64,000 nucleotides of DNA from an uncultured Chloroflexia bacterium (GTDB lineage: Bacteria; Chloroflexota; Anaerolineae; CG2-30-64-16): the NCBI GenBank assembly GCA_963810095.1, contig CAWEMM010000006.1, positions 1,056,001-1,120,000 on the forward strand, written 5' to 3'. The position numbers were made by a program, and so were the translations under genes. Below, piece by piece: positions 31,814 to 41,983 of the stretch (position 1 is its first letter; each line of letters opens with the position of its first letter). Below the pieces are notes generated by a model. It had not been told where the DNA came from. It worked only from the letters and a program-made list of their open reading frames with translations, and searched no databases.

Positions 31814-32083
31814 ATGGACGTCATCAAAGTTTCGGCCCACTCTCGATCTACGGCCGTCGCGGGCGCCATCGCTGGTGTCATGCGAGATTTCAACCATGCG
31901 GAGGTTCAGGCCATCGGCGCCAGCGCCGTCAACCAGGCAATCAAGGCGATTGCGATTGCGCGCAACTACCTGCTGCTCGACGGCATCGACATCGTCTGTT
32001 ACCCGGAATTCGTCGAGATCGACATCGAGGGCAAAGATCGCACGGCCGTAAAACTGATGATCATGCCGCGCACCGTGGCCTGA
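31814..32083 (+). CDS. spoVS: Stage V sporulation protein S
   Basis: IKVSAHS..VAGAIAG..QAIGASAVNQAIKAIAIAR; GGGAG RBS. Confidence 0.95.
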   Translation: MDVIKVSAHSRSTAVAGAIAGVMRDFNHAEVQAIGASAVNQAIKAIAIARNYLLLDGIDIVCYPEFVEIDIEGKDRTAVKLMIMPRTVA

Positions 32084-32151
32084 AACCCGGCGCGAAGCGC
32101 AGCGCTCCGGGGAGCCAGGCACGCCGAATCCCTGCGCGGGTCTTTCTCGAA

Positions 32152-32182
32152 CAAGCGGACAGCCGCCCGGCTGCCCGCTTGT
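32152..32182. terminator. Hairpin between convergent spoVS and ricT
   Basis: ACAAGCGGACAGCC-GCCC-GGCTGCCCGCTTGT. Confidence 0.5.
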
Positions 32183-32207
32183 CTGCTTAATGGCCCTGCG
32201 GCCCGCG

Positions 32208-33200
32208 CTAACGCTTCTTACGCCTGGGGCGCGGGGCATGCGACCCGGGCCCGTCGTCCGCTGCCGGCGCTTGCCCCCGGTCTCTCTTCCCCAGGTCGGC
32301 GTCGTCCGCGTCCTGAACGTCGAGCTCGTCGCCCTCGGCCCCCTGGACCGCCAATTGTGCCGCACCCGAGGCGGGAGTCCTCGTCGGCAGCGTGAACTCG
32401 GGCGCGGTGATATCCATTTGCACCCACGAACGCGTCTCGTTCGGCCCCTCGACCATCAGCGTGATCCTGTTCGCAAGCACATGCACCTGGCGCACCTTGC
32501 CCGGGCCCTCGGGCGTCTCGACGATGCTGTTGATGCGCGGCATCTGCTTGCGCGCCTCGTTGTAGAAGTCGTTTTCGTAGGCCAGGCAGCACAGCAGCCG
32601 CCCGCACACCCCCGAGACTTCCGGCGCATTCAGCGGCAGGTCCTGCGTTTTCGCCATCTTAATGCTGACGGGCGTGAACTCGCGCAGCCATGTCGCACAG
32701 CACAGCTCACGGCCGCACTTTCCGAACCCACCCAGGAATTTCGCTTCGTCCCGCACGCCTACCTGGCGCATTTCCACCCGCGTGCGGAGTTGGCCCGATA
32801 GGTCGTGGACCAGGTTGCGAAAGTCAACCCGCTGCTCCGACGTGAAGTAGACGACCGCGCTCGAGCCGTCGAAGTTGAATTCGACGCTGCTGATCTTGAT
32901 GGACATGCCGAGCGCCTGCGCGCGGCTGATCGCAATCTGCAGCGCTTCGGGCTCACGATGCGCCATCTGGTCTGCCTGCACCATGTCGAACGCGGTTGCA
33001 CGGCGCACGACCGGCTTCAGCGTTCCTGCAACCTCGTCTTCGCTTACCTCTCGCGGCGCAAAGACCACCTGCCCCACCGTTCGCCCACGCGAGGTTTCGA
33101 CGATTACGTATTCTTTTGGCTGCAGGTCATTGAGCCCTTGAGGATCGAAATAGTAGACTTTCGTAACGGGTCGAAATGCCACGCCCACTACCGTTGGCAT
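32208..33200 (-). CDS. ricT: PSP1-domain protein RicT/YaaT
   Basis: RVDFRNLV, RQVGVRDEA, CGRELCC, SGVCGRLLCCLAYE; directly follows holB. Confidence 0.9.
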   Translation of the reverse strand: MPTVVGVAFRPVTKVYYFDPQGLNDLQPKEYVIVETSRGRTVGQVVFAPREVSEDEVAGTLKPVVRRATAFDMVQADQMAHREPEALQIAISRAQALGMSIKISSVEFNFDGSSAVVYFTSEQRVDFRNLVHDLSGQLRTRVEMRQVGVRDEAKFLGGFGKCGRELCCATWLREFTPVSIKMAKTQDLPLNAPEVSGVCGRLLCCLAYENDFYNEARKQMPRINSIVETPEGPGKVRQVHVLANRITLMVEGPNETRSWVQMDITAPEFTLPTRTPASGAAQLAVQGAEGDELDVQDADDADLGKRDRGQAPAADDGPGSHAPRPRRKKR

Positions 33201-33223
33201 ATTGTTAGCTCCTATGTCGGTTA

Positions 33224-33283
33224 AGAAACCCGGTTCCTGCGCGAAACCCCGGATTCCTCCACGCTGGGAGAAACCCTGTCTCC
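33224..33283. repeat. Degenerate AGAAACCCGGTT-type REP-like cluster
   Basis: AGAAACCCGGTTCCT, GAAACCCCGGATTCCT, AGAAACCCTGTCTCCT; a similar copy AGAAACCTGGTTCCT at 54856-54870. Confidence 0.5.
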
Positions 33284-33289
33284 TAACCG

Positions 33290-34309
33290 TTATGTGACTG
33301 CTGGCTTGGGTAACCGCAAGAGCAGCACGTCCAGCGAGAGACGCAGATTCACGTTGCCCCGCACGCGGCGCAGCGTCAGCATCAGGTCGGCCAAGGCCGC
33401 CTGCACTTGCTCGGGGCGGTACAGCGCTGCCTGCTGGATCAATTGCGACTTGCGGTCGAGATTCAAGAGGGCATCCGCCTGCCCCTGTTGGGCGACCACG
33501 CCCTGCTGAACGAGGAGGATATCGCGCCACCAGCCGGCCCACAGGCCAAGCGCGCTTTCGACGTTTTCGGCCGACCGGCTCAAGCTTTCCGCGTAATTGA
33601 GACGCCCGACGTGCCCCTCGCCCACCAGGGTCAGGAGATCGTCGAGATATTTGCTCCGCGTCTGCCACACTTGCGGATCGGTCGCTGCGCCCACGGCCCA
33701 ACCCAGCCGTCCGGCGCTCAGCCGGGCCAGCAGAATCGCCTGGTCCTCGGCCACGTCCCACCGAGTCTGCAGCGCATTCGCCACGTCGTCGATGGGCAGG
33801 CTGCGCAGCCCGAGAATCTGGCAGCGCGACAGCACGGTCGGCAACACCATGTCGCGGCGGTTGCTCGTGAGCAGCAGCACCACGTGCGGAGGGGGCTCTT
33901 CCAACGTCTTAAGCAGTGCGTTCGCAGCCGCCGGCGTGGCCCGCTCGATCTCCCGGATCACGAACACCTTGCGCCGGCCCTCGAGCGGCGCGACGGCTGC
34001 ATCGAGCTGTAGGTTCCGGATCTGGTCGATCTGGATCCAGTTCTTCTCGGCCGAGATGATCTGCACGTCTGGATAGCGGCCTTCGCCGACCCGGTGGCAT
34101 GCCCGGCACGCGCCGCACGGCCCCCCGTCTCCCTCGGGACCTGCCGCGCGCTCGCAGACGAGTGCACGGCTGAAGGCTCGCGCCAGGGTTGTCTTGCCGA
34201 TCTGGGCCGGGCCGAGGAGCAGGTAGGCATGGCTGACCCGCTCGCTGCGCACCGCTTGCGCCAGCAAGTCGATTGCCCATGCATGCCCCACCACGCCCCA
34301 ATCCGCCAT
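33290..34309 (-). CDS. holB: DNA polymerase III subunit delta'
   Basis: HAYLLLGPAQIGKT, CGACRAC, AANALLKTLEEPP, TVLSRC. Confidence 0.93.
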   Translation of the reverse strand: MADWGVVGHAWAIDLLAQAVRSERVSHAYLLLGPAQIGKTTLARAFSRALVCERAAGPEGDGGPCGACRACHRVGEGRYPDVQIISAEKNWIQIDQIRNLQLDAAVAPLEGRRKVFVIREIERATPAAANALLKTLEEPPPHVVLLLTSNRRDMVLPTVLSRCQILGLRSLPIDDVANALQTRWDVAEDQAILLARLSAGRLGWAVGAATDPQVWQTRSKYLDDLLTLVGEGHVGRLNYAESLSRSAENVESALGLWAGWWRDILLVQQGVVAQQGQADALLNLDRKSQLIQQAALYRPEQVQAALADLMLTLRRVRGNVNLRLSLDVLLLRLPKPAVT

Positions 34310-34482
34310 CCGCACGCCTCCGGACGATCATTGTAGCATAGCTTACGGGCTTTCGCCCAAAGCCGGCCGTTTGGCGCACGAAGGGGGGTTTGGAACGTGA
34401 GGCGCCGGCGCAGCGTGCAGGATGAAGGGCGCCAAGTTTACGCCGGCGGCAGATCGGGTATGATAAGCTGCAGAGAGGTGCT

Positions 34483-35763
34483 ATGGAAGTCGATCTGCTC
34501 ATCCACAACGCCGGACAGCTGGTGACACTTGCCGGAAAACCGGGCCCCCGCCGCGGCGCCGACATGCGGGACCTCGCGATCATCGCCCGGGGTGCAGTGG
34601 CGGTCGCCGGCAGCCGCATCGTCGCTGTTGGCCCGGAGGCAGAGCTTGCTGCTTCCGTTGAGCCCGCCGCGACCCTCGATGCGGGCGGCCGGGCGGTCAT
34701 TCCCGGGTTTGTCGACCCCCACACGCACCTGCCGTGGGCAGGCCACCGGGCGCACGAGTTCGAGCTGCGCATCGGCGGCGCCAGCTACATGGAGATCATG
34801 GCCGCGGGCGGCGGGATTGTGCGGACGGTGAGCGACACTCGGGCTGCGCCGCTAGACCGGCTGGTGGCAGAAACGGCCGAGCGGGCCCAACGCATGTTGG
34901 CCTATGGCACGACCACGGCCGAGGCGAAGACGGGCTACGGTCTCAATGTGCCCGACGAGCTAAAGCAGCTTGAGAGCATCGCCAGGCTCCAGCAGCAAGG
35001 CCCGCTCGACCTGGTCCCCACCTTCCTCGGCGCGCATGCAGTGCCCGCAGAATACCGGGGCCGCACAGACGCCTACGTGGACCTGGTCGTGAACGAAATG
35101 CTGGCGGCCGCGTGGCAGAAGTGGCAGGCGATCAGAGACATCTTCCCCCCGGATTGGCCCATCTTCTGCGACGTTTTCTGCGAGGACGGCGCCTTTGACC
35201 TGGCCCAATCGCGGCGCATCTTGGAGGCGGCCAAAAAGCTGGGCTTCCGGCTGAAGATGCACGTGGACGAGTTTGCCCCGCTCGGAGGGACCCCCCTCGC
35301 CGTCGAACTGGGGGCCGTTTCGGTCGACCACATCGTGACGACGCCGCCCGACCACGTGGCCCTGCTCGCACAGTCCGCTACCATCGGCGTGGCGCTGCCC
35401 GGCACGCCGTTCGGGCTGGCACATCACGACTACAGCCCGGGGCGCGCTCTCATCGACGGGGGCGGTGCGCTCGCGCTTGCCACCGACCTTAACCCCGGCA
35501 CCTCGTGGTGCGAGAACATGCAGCTGATGCTGGCGCTGGCCTGCCGCTACATGCGGCTGCTGCCCGCCGAGGCGCTGGTGGCCGCAACGCTCAATGCCGC
35601 TTATGCGATCGGCCTGGGCCATCTGGTTGGCAGCATTGAGGTGGGCAAACAGGCCGATCTCCTGGTGCTCGACGCCGGCGACTACCGAATGCTCCCGTAC
35701 CGGTATGGGACGAATATGGTCAGGCAGGTGGTCAAGCGGGGAAGCGTGGTGTGGTGCTCTTAG
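34483..35763 (+). CDS. hutI: Imidazolonepropionase
   Basis: PGFVDPHTH, YMEIMAAGGGI, KTGYGL, TFLGAH, DVFCE, ATDLNPGTS. Confidence 0.95.
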   Translation: MEVDLLIHNAGQLVTLAGKPGPRRGADMRDLAIIARGAVAVAGSRIVAVGPEAELAASVEPAATLDAGGRAVIPGFVDPHTHLPWAGHRAHEFELRIGGASYMEIMAAGGGIVRTVSDTRAAPLDRLVAETAERAQRMLAYGTTTAEAKTGYGLNVPDELKQLESIARLQQQGPLDLVPTFLGAHAVPAEYRGRTDAYVDLVVNEMLAAAWQKWQAIRDIFPPDWPIFCDVFCEDGAFDLAQSRRILEAAKKLGFRLKMHVDEFAPLGGTPLAVELGAVSVDHIVTTPPDHVALLAQSATIGVALPGTPFGLAHHDYSPGRALIDGGGALALATDLNPGTSWCENMQLMLALACRYMRLLPAEALVAATLNAAYAIGLGHLVGSIEVGKQADLLVLDAGDYRMLPYRYGTNMVRQVVKRGSVVWCS

Positions 35764-36221
35764 CCCCGGACCTTCACGAGCATGGTCCAAGTGCCTTTCT
35801 GGACCGTTTCTTCGCGTTGGTTTATCACTTCCACGTTGAAAGTGACCAGCCCGCCGCCAAGCCGGGGCATCAGCTTTTTCTCCGCAATTTCTGCTCGGAC
35901 CTTGATCGTGTCTCCGATCTTGATCGCGCCCCGGAACTTCCAGTCCAACCCCATAAAGGCGATGACCGTTTCTTCGAGGAAGCCGAGCCGGATCGCCAGG
36001 CCGCTGGCGATCGACAGGCCGAGCAGGCCGTGCGCGATGCGCTCGCCGAACATGCCGTTCTTCGCATACTCGGCGTCCACGTGGATGGCGTTCCAGTCCC
36101 CGCTGAGCGCCGCGAAGTTCACGATGTCGGTCTCGGTGACCGTGCGCGCCATGGTCGTCGCAGTGTCGCCGATGTTATAATCCTCGAAGTATAGCCCTTG
36201 CCGGGTGGCGATTTCGCCCAT
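35760..36221 (-). CDS. MaoC family dehydratase
   Basis: YFEDY, FAALSGDWNAIH, RIAHGLLG. Confidence 0.92.
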   Translation of the reverse strand: MGEIATRQGLYFEDYNIGDTATTMARTVTETDIVNFAALSGDWNAIHVDAEYAKNGMFGERIAHGLLGLSIASGLAIRLGFLEETVIAFMGLDWKFRGAIKIGDTIKVRAEIAEKKLMPRLGGGLVTFNVEVINQREETVQKGTWTMLVKVRG

Positions 36222-36407
36222 GTCGTCCTCCGTGGTGGTGAGTCGAAGAAAGCCCCGCGGGTGCCGCGGCCGGCCGAAGCCTCGACTCCGGTTGTCCGTG
36301 CAGGCGCATGATAACTGCCCCCCGCCCAACTGTCCATTTCCCACGCCCGTCGAAGGGCGGTATAATCGCCGGAACGCTGCGATGGCATCGATCAGGAAGA
36401 GGTGGTT

Positions 36408-37832
36408 ATGGCGCACCGGTTGCTCGTCCTCGCCCGTGCCCGCCCAGGGCGGGCGCACGAAAGACGTCCTCGTGCTTGTCAGGCCGTGCTCTTCCTTCTG
36501 ATCCTTGTCACGGCGGCTGCCTGCACCGGCCAGCTCCCGCCCGTCATCCCGTCGACACCAACGGCTCAGGCTCCCCTGCCCGGCGCCCCCACCACAGGCA
36601 CCTTCGTTCCGGCCCCAGCCCCCGACGCCGACCTGCTCGCGCTGCCTGCGGCATTTCGCTACGAAGTCACCTTGCGCCCACTGCAGGCCGACACGCCCAC
36701 CACGGTGATTCGCGGCCAATACCGGGCGGGCGCGTGGGCGCAGAGCGCACGCACGGGCGATCAGGGGGGCGACGAGCTGGTCGTCGCGCGCGATCCGGCC
36801 ACCAATCGCCTCAACAGCTACACCCGAGCGGCCGGCGATGCCGACTGGACGCGCTGGCCCGGCGTCACGTTTGAGGCGGCCTTTGGCCTGGCTTCGCCGT
36901 TCACCGTGCTGCGCCTGTGGCCGCTGGCAACCCGCTCCGCGCCCGCCGATGCCGCCGTGGACCCTGCGGTCCAACCGGGCGAAAGCAAGACGCAAGCCCT
37001 TTTCTCTACGGAGATCGTGCAGCGCGTCCTCACCGCCGGCGTATTGGCCATAGCCAGCGACGAAGACACCCGCCGCGCGCTCGAGGAACAGACTGCCCCG
37101 TTCATCGTTCCGCAGACCGTGACCTACCGCACGGATGCCGGCGGGAAAGTGCTGAGCGCGGCCGCGACCCTGCTCACCCTCGCGCCCAATAACGAGGCCG
37201 CACCGTGGGTCGAGTTCACCGCGACTTACTCGGGCTATGACGACCCGGCGATCGTCGTGGCTGCGCCGGTCGGTGCGACCGACATTGCTCAGGTCACGGG
37301 CAGCGACGCGATCGCGGAGCAGGCCTCAGAAGTCCAGCCCGGCGTCAACCTCCGGGTGCGGGTGTTCGCAGCCGCGGGCGAACCGGCCACGGACGCCGTT
37401 GTGACGGCCTATCCGGTGGGGAAGAAGACGGCGGCCGGCGAGAAGCTCGGCCCGGATGCTCAGTTCACCCTCCCGCCCGGACTCTATGACCTGATGGTGC
37501 GGTCGGGCGGCGCACAGCAGTGGGTGAAAGGCGTAACCGTTACCAAGGACACGGTCGCCTCGAACGACGTGCTCTTCGACTTCGCCCAATTGACGGTCGC
37601 CGTGAAGCTGAACGGTGCGGCACCCGCGGTCGACGTGGTCGTTTATCCGACCGGCGAGACGAACAGCTTTGCCGGCTTTGCCAGCGATAACCCGGCCCGC
37701 TTCCGCTTGCCCGTGGGAATTTACGATGTCGAAGCCGCGACGCAGGATGGCGCCGCCCGCAAACGCATCGCCGGCGTCGAGGTGCGCTCGGGGCTCGAGA
37801 CGACCCTCGATATTGACCTGGCCCGGCCGTAG
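36408..37832 (+). CDS. Putative lipoprotein with two C-terminal beta-sandwich repeats
   Basis: Hydrophobic stretch plus TAAAC lipobox; repeats FTLPPGLYDL and FRLPVGIYDV; TATAAT at 36361-36366. Confidence 0.7.
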   Translation: MAHRLLVLARARPGRAHERRPRACQAVLFLLILVTAAACTGQLPPVIPSTPTAQAPLPGAPTTGTFVPAPAPDADLLALPAAFRYEVTLRPLQADTPTTVIRGQYRAGAWAQSARTGDQGGDELVVARDPATNRLNSYTRAAGDADWTRWPGVTFEAAFGLASPFTVLRLWPLATRSAPADAAVDPAVQPGESKTQALFSTEIVQRVLTAGVLAIASDEDTRRALEEQTAPFIVPQTVTYRTDAGGKVLSAAATLLTLAPNNEAAPWVEFTATYSGYDDPAIVVAAPVGATDIAQVTGSDAIAEQASEVQPGVNLRVRVFAAAGEPATDAVVTAYPVGKKTAAGEKLGPDAQFTLPPGLYDLMVRSGGAQQWVKGVTVTKDTVASNDVLFDFAQLTVAVKLNGAAPAVDVVVYPTGETNSFAGFASDNPARFRLPVGIYDVEAATQDGAARKRIAGVEVRSGLETTLDIDLARP

Positions 37833-37931
37833 GCCTGGTCCAGGGGGACTCAATCTGTCGGGCGCGAACCGCCGACACGCTCTCACCATTCAGCTTGCGA
37901 CCGGCGAACCGCTGCCGAAAAAGGAGCTCGC

Positions 37932-39320
37932 ATGAAACCCTGGGAAACTTACCTGGCCGAGCATCATGCTGCGTCGGTCGCAGAACTGGTTGATTTTCTG
38001 CGCATCCCATCGATCTCGAGCCTCAAAAATCACCTGCCCGACGTCGAGCAGGCTGCGCAATGGACTGCCGGCCGGATGCGCAAGGCCGGCATCGAAAACG
38101 TGCAAGTCATGCCCACCGCGGGCCATCCTGTCGTCTACGGCGACTGGCTGCACGCGGCCGGCGCGCCCACCGTCCTGATCTACGGCCACTTCGACGTGCA
38201 GCCGGCCGATCCCCTGAACCTGTGGACGACCCCACCCTTCGAGCCCGACGTCCGCGACGGCCGGGTATATGCGCGTGGGGCGGGCGACGACAAGGGCAAC
38301 ATGCTCATCCCGATCCTCGTGGCCGAGGCGTTCCTGAAGACCGAGGGCACGCTCCCGGTGAACCTCAAGTTCATCTTCGAGGGGCAGGAGGAAATCGGCA
38401 GCCCCCAGTTCGTGCCGTTCGTCGCCGAGAACCGGGCGTTGCTCGCGGCCGACCTTGTCATTAGCGCGGACGGCGGGCAGGAGGCGGAAGACCAGCCGGT
38501 CCTGTTGGTCGGCTTGAAGGGCCTGGTGCCCCTGCAGGTGGACGTCTACGCTGCAAACACAGACCTGCATTCGGGCGTACACGGCGGGGCCGTGCCGAAC
38601 CCCATTCACGCGCTCGTCCGCATCCTCGACAGCCTCCGCAACCCCGATGGCAGGATTGCCGTGCCGGGCTTCTTCGACGCTGTTGTCGACCTCTCAGACG
38701 AAGAGCGCCGGCAGATAGCGGCCGTGCCGTTTGACGAGCAAAAGTATCTCGCCGATCTTGGGGTGACGACCGGCTTCGGCGAACCGGGGTATACGACGCG
38801 CGAGCGGGCCTGGGCGCGACCGACCCTGGAGCTCAACGGCATTTGGGGTGGGTTCGAGGGCGAGGGCGTCAAGACGGTCTTGCCAAAGGAGGCCCACGCC
38901 AAGATCACGTGCCGGCTGGTGGCCGACCAGGATCCAGACGAGGTGTACCGGGCGATCGATGCGCATGTGCGGCGTGTCGCAGGCGAGCAGACGCCCGGGG
39001 TTCGGGTGGAGGTCACCCAGCAGCCGGGCAAGGCATACCCGTATTTGATGCCTGCGGATCACCCGGCCAACCGGCTGGTAGGGGATGTGCTGGCGTCGCT
39101 CTACGGCAAACCGCCCCACTTCGTCAGGATGGGGGGCAGCGTGCCGGTGCTCGTGGCTTTCCTTCGCCAGCTCGGGGTGTACACCGTCACCCTGGCCTTT
39201 GCGCTGGATGACGAACGGCACCACGCGCCCGATGAGTTCTTCCGCCTGGCGAGCTTTGAGAGAGGCAAGCGCGCGTTCGGTGCGGTCTGGGAGCGGATCG
39301 GGGAACGCGGGTTGGAATAG
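37932..39320 (+). CDS. M20 family dipeptidase
   Basis: YGHFDVQP, ARGAGDDKG, EEIGS, DLHSG, HAPDE. Confidence 0.93.
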   Translation: MKPWETYLAEHHAASVAELVDFLRIPSISSLKNHLPDVEQAAQWTAGRMRKAGIENVQVMPTAGHPVVYGDWLHAAGAPTVLIYGHFDVQPADPLNLWTTPPFEPDVRDGRVYARGAGDDKGNMLIPILVAEAFLKTEGTLPVNLKFIFEGQEEIGSPQFVPFVAENRALLAADLVISADGGQEAEDQPVLLVGLKGLVPLQVDVYAANTDLHSGVHGGAVPNPIHALVRILDSLRNPDGRIAVPGFFDAVVDLSDEERRQIAAVPFDEQKYLADLGVTTGFGEPGYTTRERAWARPTLELNGIWGGFEGEGVKTVLPKEAHAKITCRLVADQDPDEVYRAIDAHVRRVAGEQTPGVRVEVTQQPGKAYPYLMPADHPANRLVGDVLASLYGKPPHFVRMGGSVPVLVAFLRQLGVYTVTLAFALDDERHHAPDEFFRLASFERGKRAFGAVWERIGERGLE

Positions 39321-39410
39321 AGCACTGATTGAACTGATTGAACTGATTCACATGACTCGTTCCAAAGGAATCATGCAAATCAATTCAATAGGTTGGATCT
39401 GCGTCCCATT
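39314..39410. repeat. Palindromic element of the ATAGGAC/ACTGAT family
   Basis: GGAATAGAGC followed by about three ACTGATTGA units; right arm ATCAATTCAATAGGTTGGATCTGCGTCCCATT. Confidence 0.75.
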
Positions 39411-39988
39411 AATCTCTCCAGCCGCGCCTTGACCTGGGGCCACTCGCCGTCGACGATGCTGTAGATGACGGAATCGCGTATCGTCCCGTCCGGCCGGATC
39501 ATGTGGTTGCGCAGCACGCCTTCGCGCACCGCGCCGATCCGCTCGATTGCGACCTGCGAGCGGACGTTATTGCGGTCGGTCTTAAGCTGCACGCGGATGC
39601 ACCCCCACGCCTCAAACGCGTGGCGCAGCAGCAGGTACTTGCACTCGGTGTTAACCCCCGTGCGCTGGTAGGCGGGGCCGTACCACGTTCCGCCCACCTC
39701 CAACCCGCGGTCGGCAACAGAGATGTTCATGTACCGGGTGCAGCCTACCGGCTTACCGGTTTCACGGTAAATCACGGCAAACGGCAGGTCCGTCCCTCTG
39801 GCTTGGCGCGCCAGCAGGTCCTGCACGAAGGCCAGGATCTTGGCCTCGCTATCGACGTTGCCGTACAGCATGTGCCGCCAGATATCGGGCTCCAGGCCGA
39901 CTTCGGCCAGCCCCGGCGCATGCGCCTCGCTCAACGGCGCCAGTCGCACGAGCCTCCCCTCGAGTGTAAGCGGCTGCAGTTCGATCAT
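39380..39988 (-). CDS. GNAT family N-acetyltransferase (RimJ/RimL-like)
   Basis: LEVGGTW, QRTGVNTECKYLLL, NVRSQVAIERIGA, EGVLRNH. Confidence 0.92.
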   Translation of the reverse strand: MIELQPLTLEGRLVRLAPLSEAHAPGLAEVGLEPDIWRHMLYGNVDSEAKILAFVQDLLARQARGTDLPFAVIYRETGKPVGCTRYMNISVADRGLEVGGTWYGPAYQRTGVNTECKYLLLRHAFEAWGCIRVQLKTDRNNVRSQVAIERIGAVREGVLRNHMIRPDGTIRDSVIYSIVDGEWPQVKARLERLMGRRSNLLN

Positions 39989-40060
39989 TTTCTCACCATC
40001 GGTAATCTTCCCGCTGGAAAGTCGTCTCGCTTCCAGTATAATAGCGTGGAAGGTAAAGCA

Positions 40061-40152
40061 GGAATGGGGCGCCGCTCGAACGGATGAGACGGATTCTCAT
40101 GATCACTGGTAACAGTTACCGGTCGGGATCAGCCCGACCGGCGTCCTATTCC
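40061..40152. repeat. Degenerate palindromic element of the ATAGGAC family
   Basis: GGAATGGGGCGCCG..ACGGATGAGACGGAT ... CGGCGTCCTATTCC. Confidence 0.55.
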
Positions 40153-40174
40153 AACCCCAAAGGATAACAAACAT

Positions 40175-41840
40175 ATGGCGGAAGCACTGCGCATCATCCC
40201 CCTGGGCGGGTTGGGCGAAATCGGCAAGAACATGATGCTCTTCGAGTATCAGAACCACATCCTGGTCGTGGATGTAGGCATCATGTTTCCGGAGTTTGAC
40301 ATGTTGGGCATCGACCTCGTCCTGCCCGACTACACTTATTTGCGCGACCACGCCGAGGAGGTCGCGGGCATCATCATCTCGCACGGCCACGAGGATCACA
40401 TCGGCGGCCTACCCTACCTGCTGGGCGACGCGCTGCCCGCCGACACGCCGATCTATGCCACGCCGCTTGCGCTGGGCCTGATCCGCGCAAAACTGTCGGA
40501 GCATCCCACCATCGAAGGCATCGACCTGCGGCCTGTTTCGGCCGGCTCCACCATCACCGTCGGACCCTTCGAGGTCGAGTTCCTCGCCATCACCCACTCC
40601 ATCCCGGACGGCGTGGGCCTGGCAATCAAGACGCCGGTCGGGCTGGTCATCCACACCGGTGACTTCAAGTTTGACTACACACCGGTGCGCGGTTCGGGTC
40701 CGGGGTTCGCCCGGCTGGGGCAACTGGGCGCCCAGGGCGTCCTCGCGCTGCTCAGCGACTCGACCGGCTCGGAACGGGCAGGGCACACGCCTTCTGAATC
40801 GGTCATCGCGCCCGCGTTCGACCAGATCTTCCGGGAAGCACCCGGCCGCATCATCCTCGCCACGTTTGCCTCCCTGCTCAGCCGTGTGCAGCAGGTTATC
40901 GACGCCGCGCAGCGCCACGGCCGGGTGGTCGCGCTTGCGGGCTATTCGATGGTCAAGACCGCGGAGATCGCGCAGCGAGCTGGGTCACCTGGAGGCACCC
41001 GAGGGGGTGCTCGTGGACCTGGCGGAAGCACTGAAGCTGCCGGACGATAAGGTTGCCATCGTAACGACCGGCTCGCAGGGCCAGCCAGAGGCCGCGCTCG
41101 CACGCATGGCCGAAGGCACCCACCGCCAGATCGAAGTTAAGCCGGGCGACACCATCATCCTATCCTCCACGCCCATTCCCGGCAACGAGGAAGAGGTCTC
41201 GCGGCTCATCAACAAGCTGATCGCACGCGGCGCCGAGCTGATCTACCCGCCGCTGGCGGCCGTCCATGTTTCCGGCCACGCCAGCCAGGAAGAGCTCAAG
41301 CTGATGCTGTCGCTCACCCGGCCCAAGTTTTTTGTGCCGGTCCACGGCGAGCTGCGCCACATGCATGCCCACGCTCGCCTGGCGCGGCAGTTGGGCATTC
41401 CCGCCGAGAACATCGTGATGGCAGAAGACGGTGAAGTGCTGGAGCTGACCGCCCACCGCCTGAAGGTGAAGAAGGAGCGCGTGCCGGCGGGCAACGTCTA
41501 CGTGCACGGCAAGGGGGTTGGCGATGTGGGCCGCCGGGTGATCGCCGAGCGGGAGATCCTGGGGAACAACGGCTTTGTGCTGGCCGTGGTGCCCATTCAC
41601 CCCGTCACCGGCGACATTACGGACAAGCCCGAACTCATCTCCAGGGGCTTCGTGTTCCAGAAGGAGAGCAGCGACCTGATGGAGCGCGCGGCCGAATCGG
41701 TCTACAACGCGTTGAAGGAAGGCAAGGTGCGGCAGCGGCAGGCGATCATCGACCGCACCCAGGGGCTCCTCGGTCGCTTCTTCTTCGAGCAAACAAAGCG
41801 CAAGCCGATGGTCCTCGCCGTCGTAACGCACTGCGAGTAG
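40175..41840 (+). CDS. rnj: Ribonuclease J (frameshift near 40980)
   Basis: PLGGLGEIGKN, HGHEDHIG, HTGDFK, TGSQGQP, HVSGHA, PVHGE. Confidence 0.95.
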
Positions 41841-41909
41841 ATCAACGGGCCCCGATCTGGGGGGTCGTTGATCTCCGGCTGCCTTCATCAGCCCGGCAGC
41901 GCATCTGAG

Positions 41910-41974
41910 ACGCAAACCGGTCCGGTAAGGGCGAGGCACCCTCGGGTGCCTCGCCCTTACCGGACCGTTTGCGT
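41910..41974. repeat. Long REP-like hairpin between convergent genes
   Basis: ACGCAAACCGGTCCGGTAAGGGCGAGGCACCC and GGGTGCCTCGCCCTTACCGGACCGTTTGCGT, about 31-bp stem. Confidence 0.8.
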
Positions 41975-41983
41975 TAAGTGTTC

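Noticed and set aside
31814-33200. spoVS and ricT as evidence of sporulation
   Set aside because: Both are widespread in non-sporulating bacteria, and holB-ricT is a common conserved pairing
34330-34450. Possible IS remnant or ncRNA between holB and hutI
   Set aside because: No clear inverted-repeat pair or known fold; adequately explained by divergent promoters
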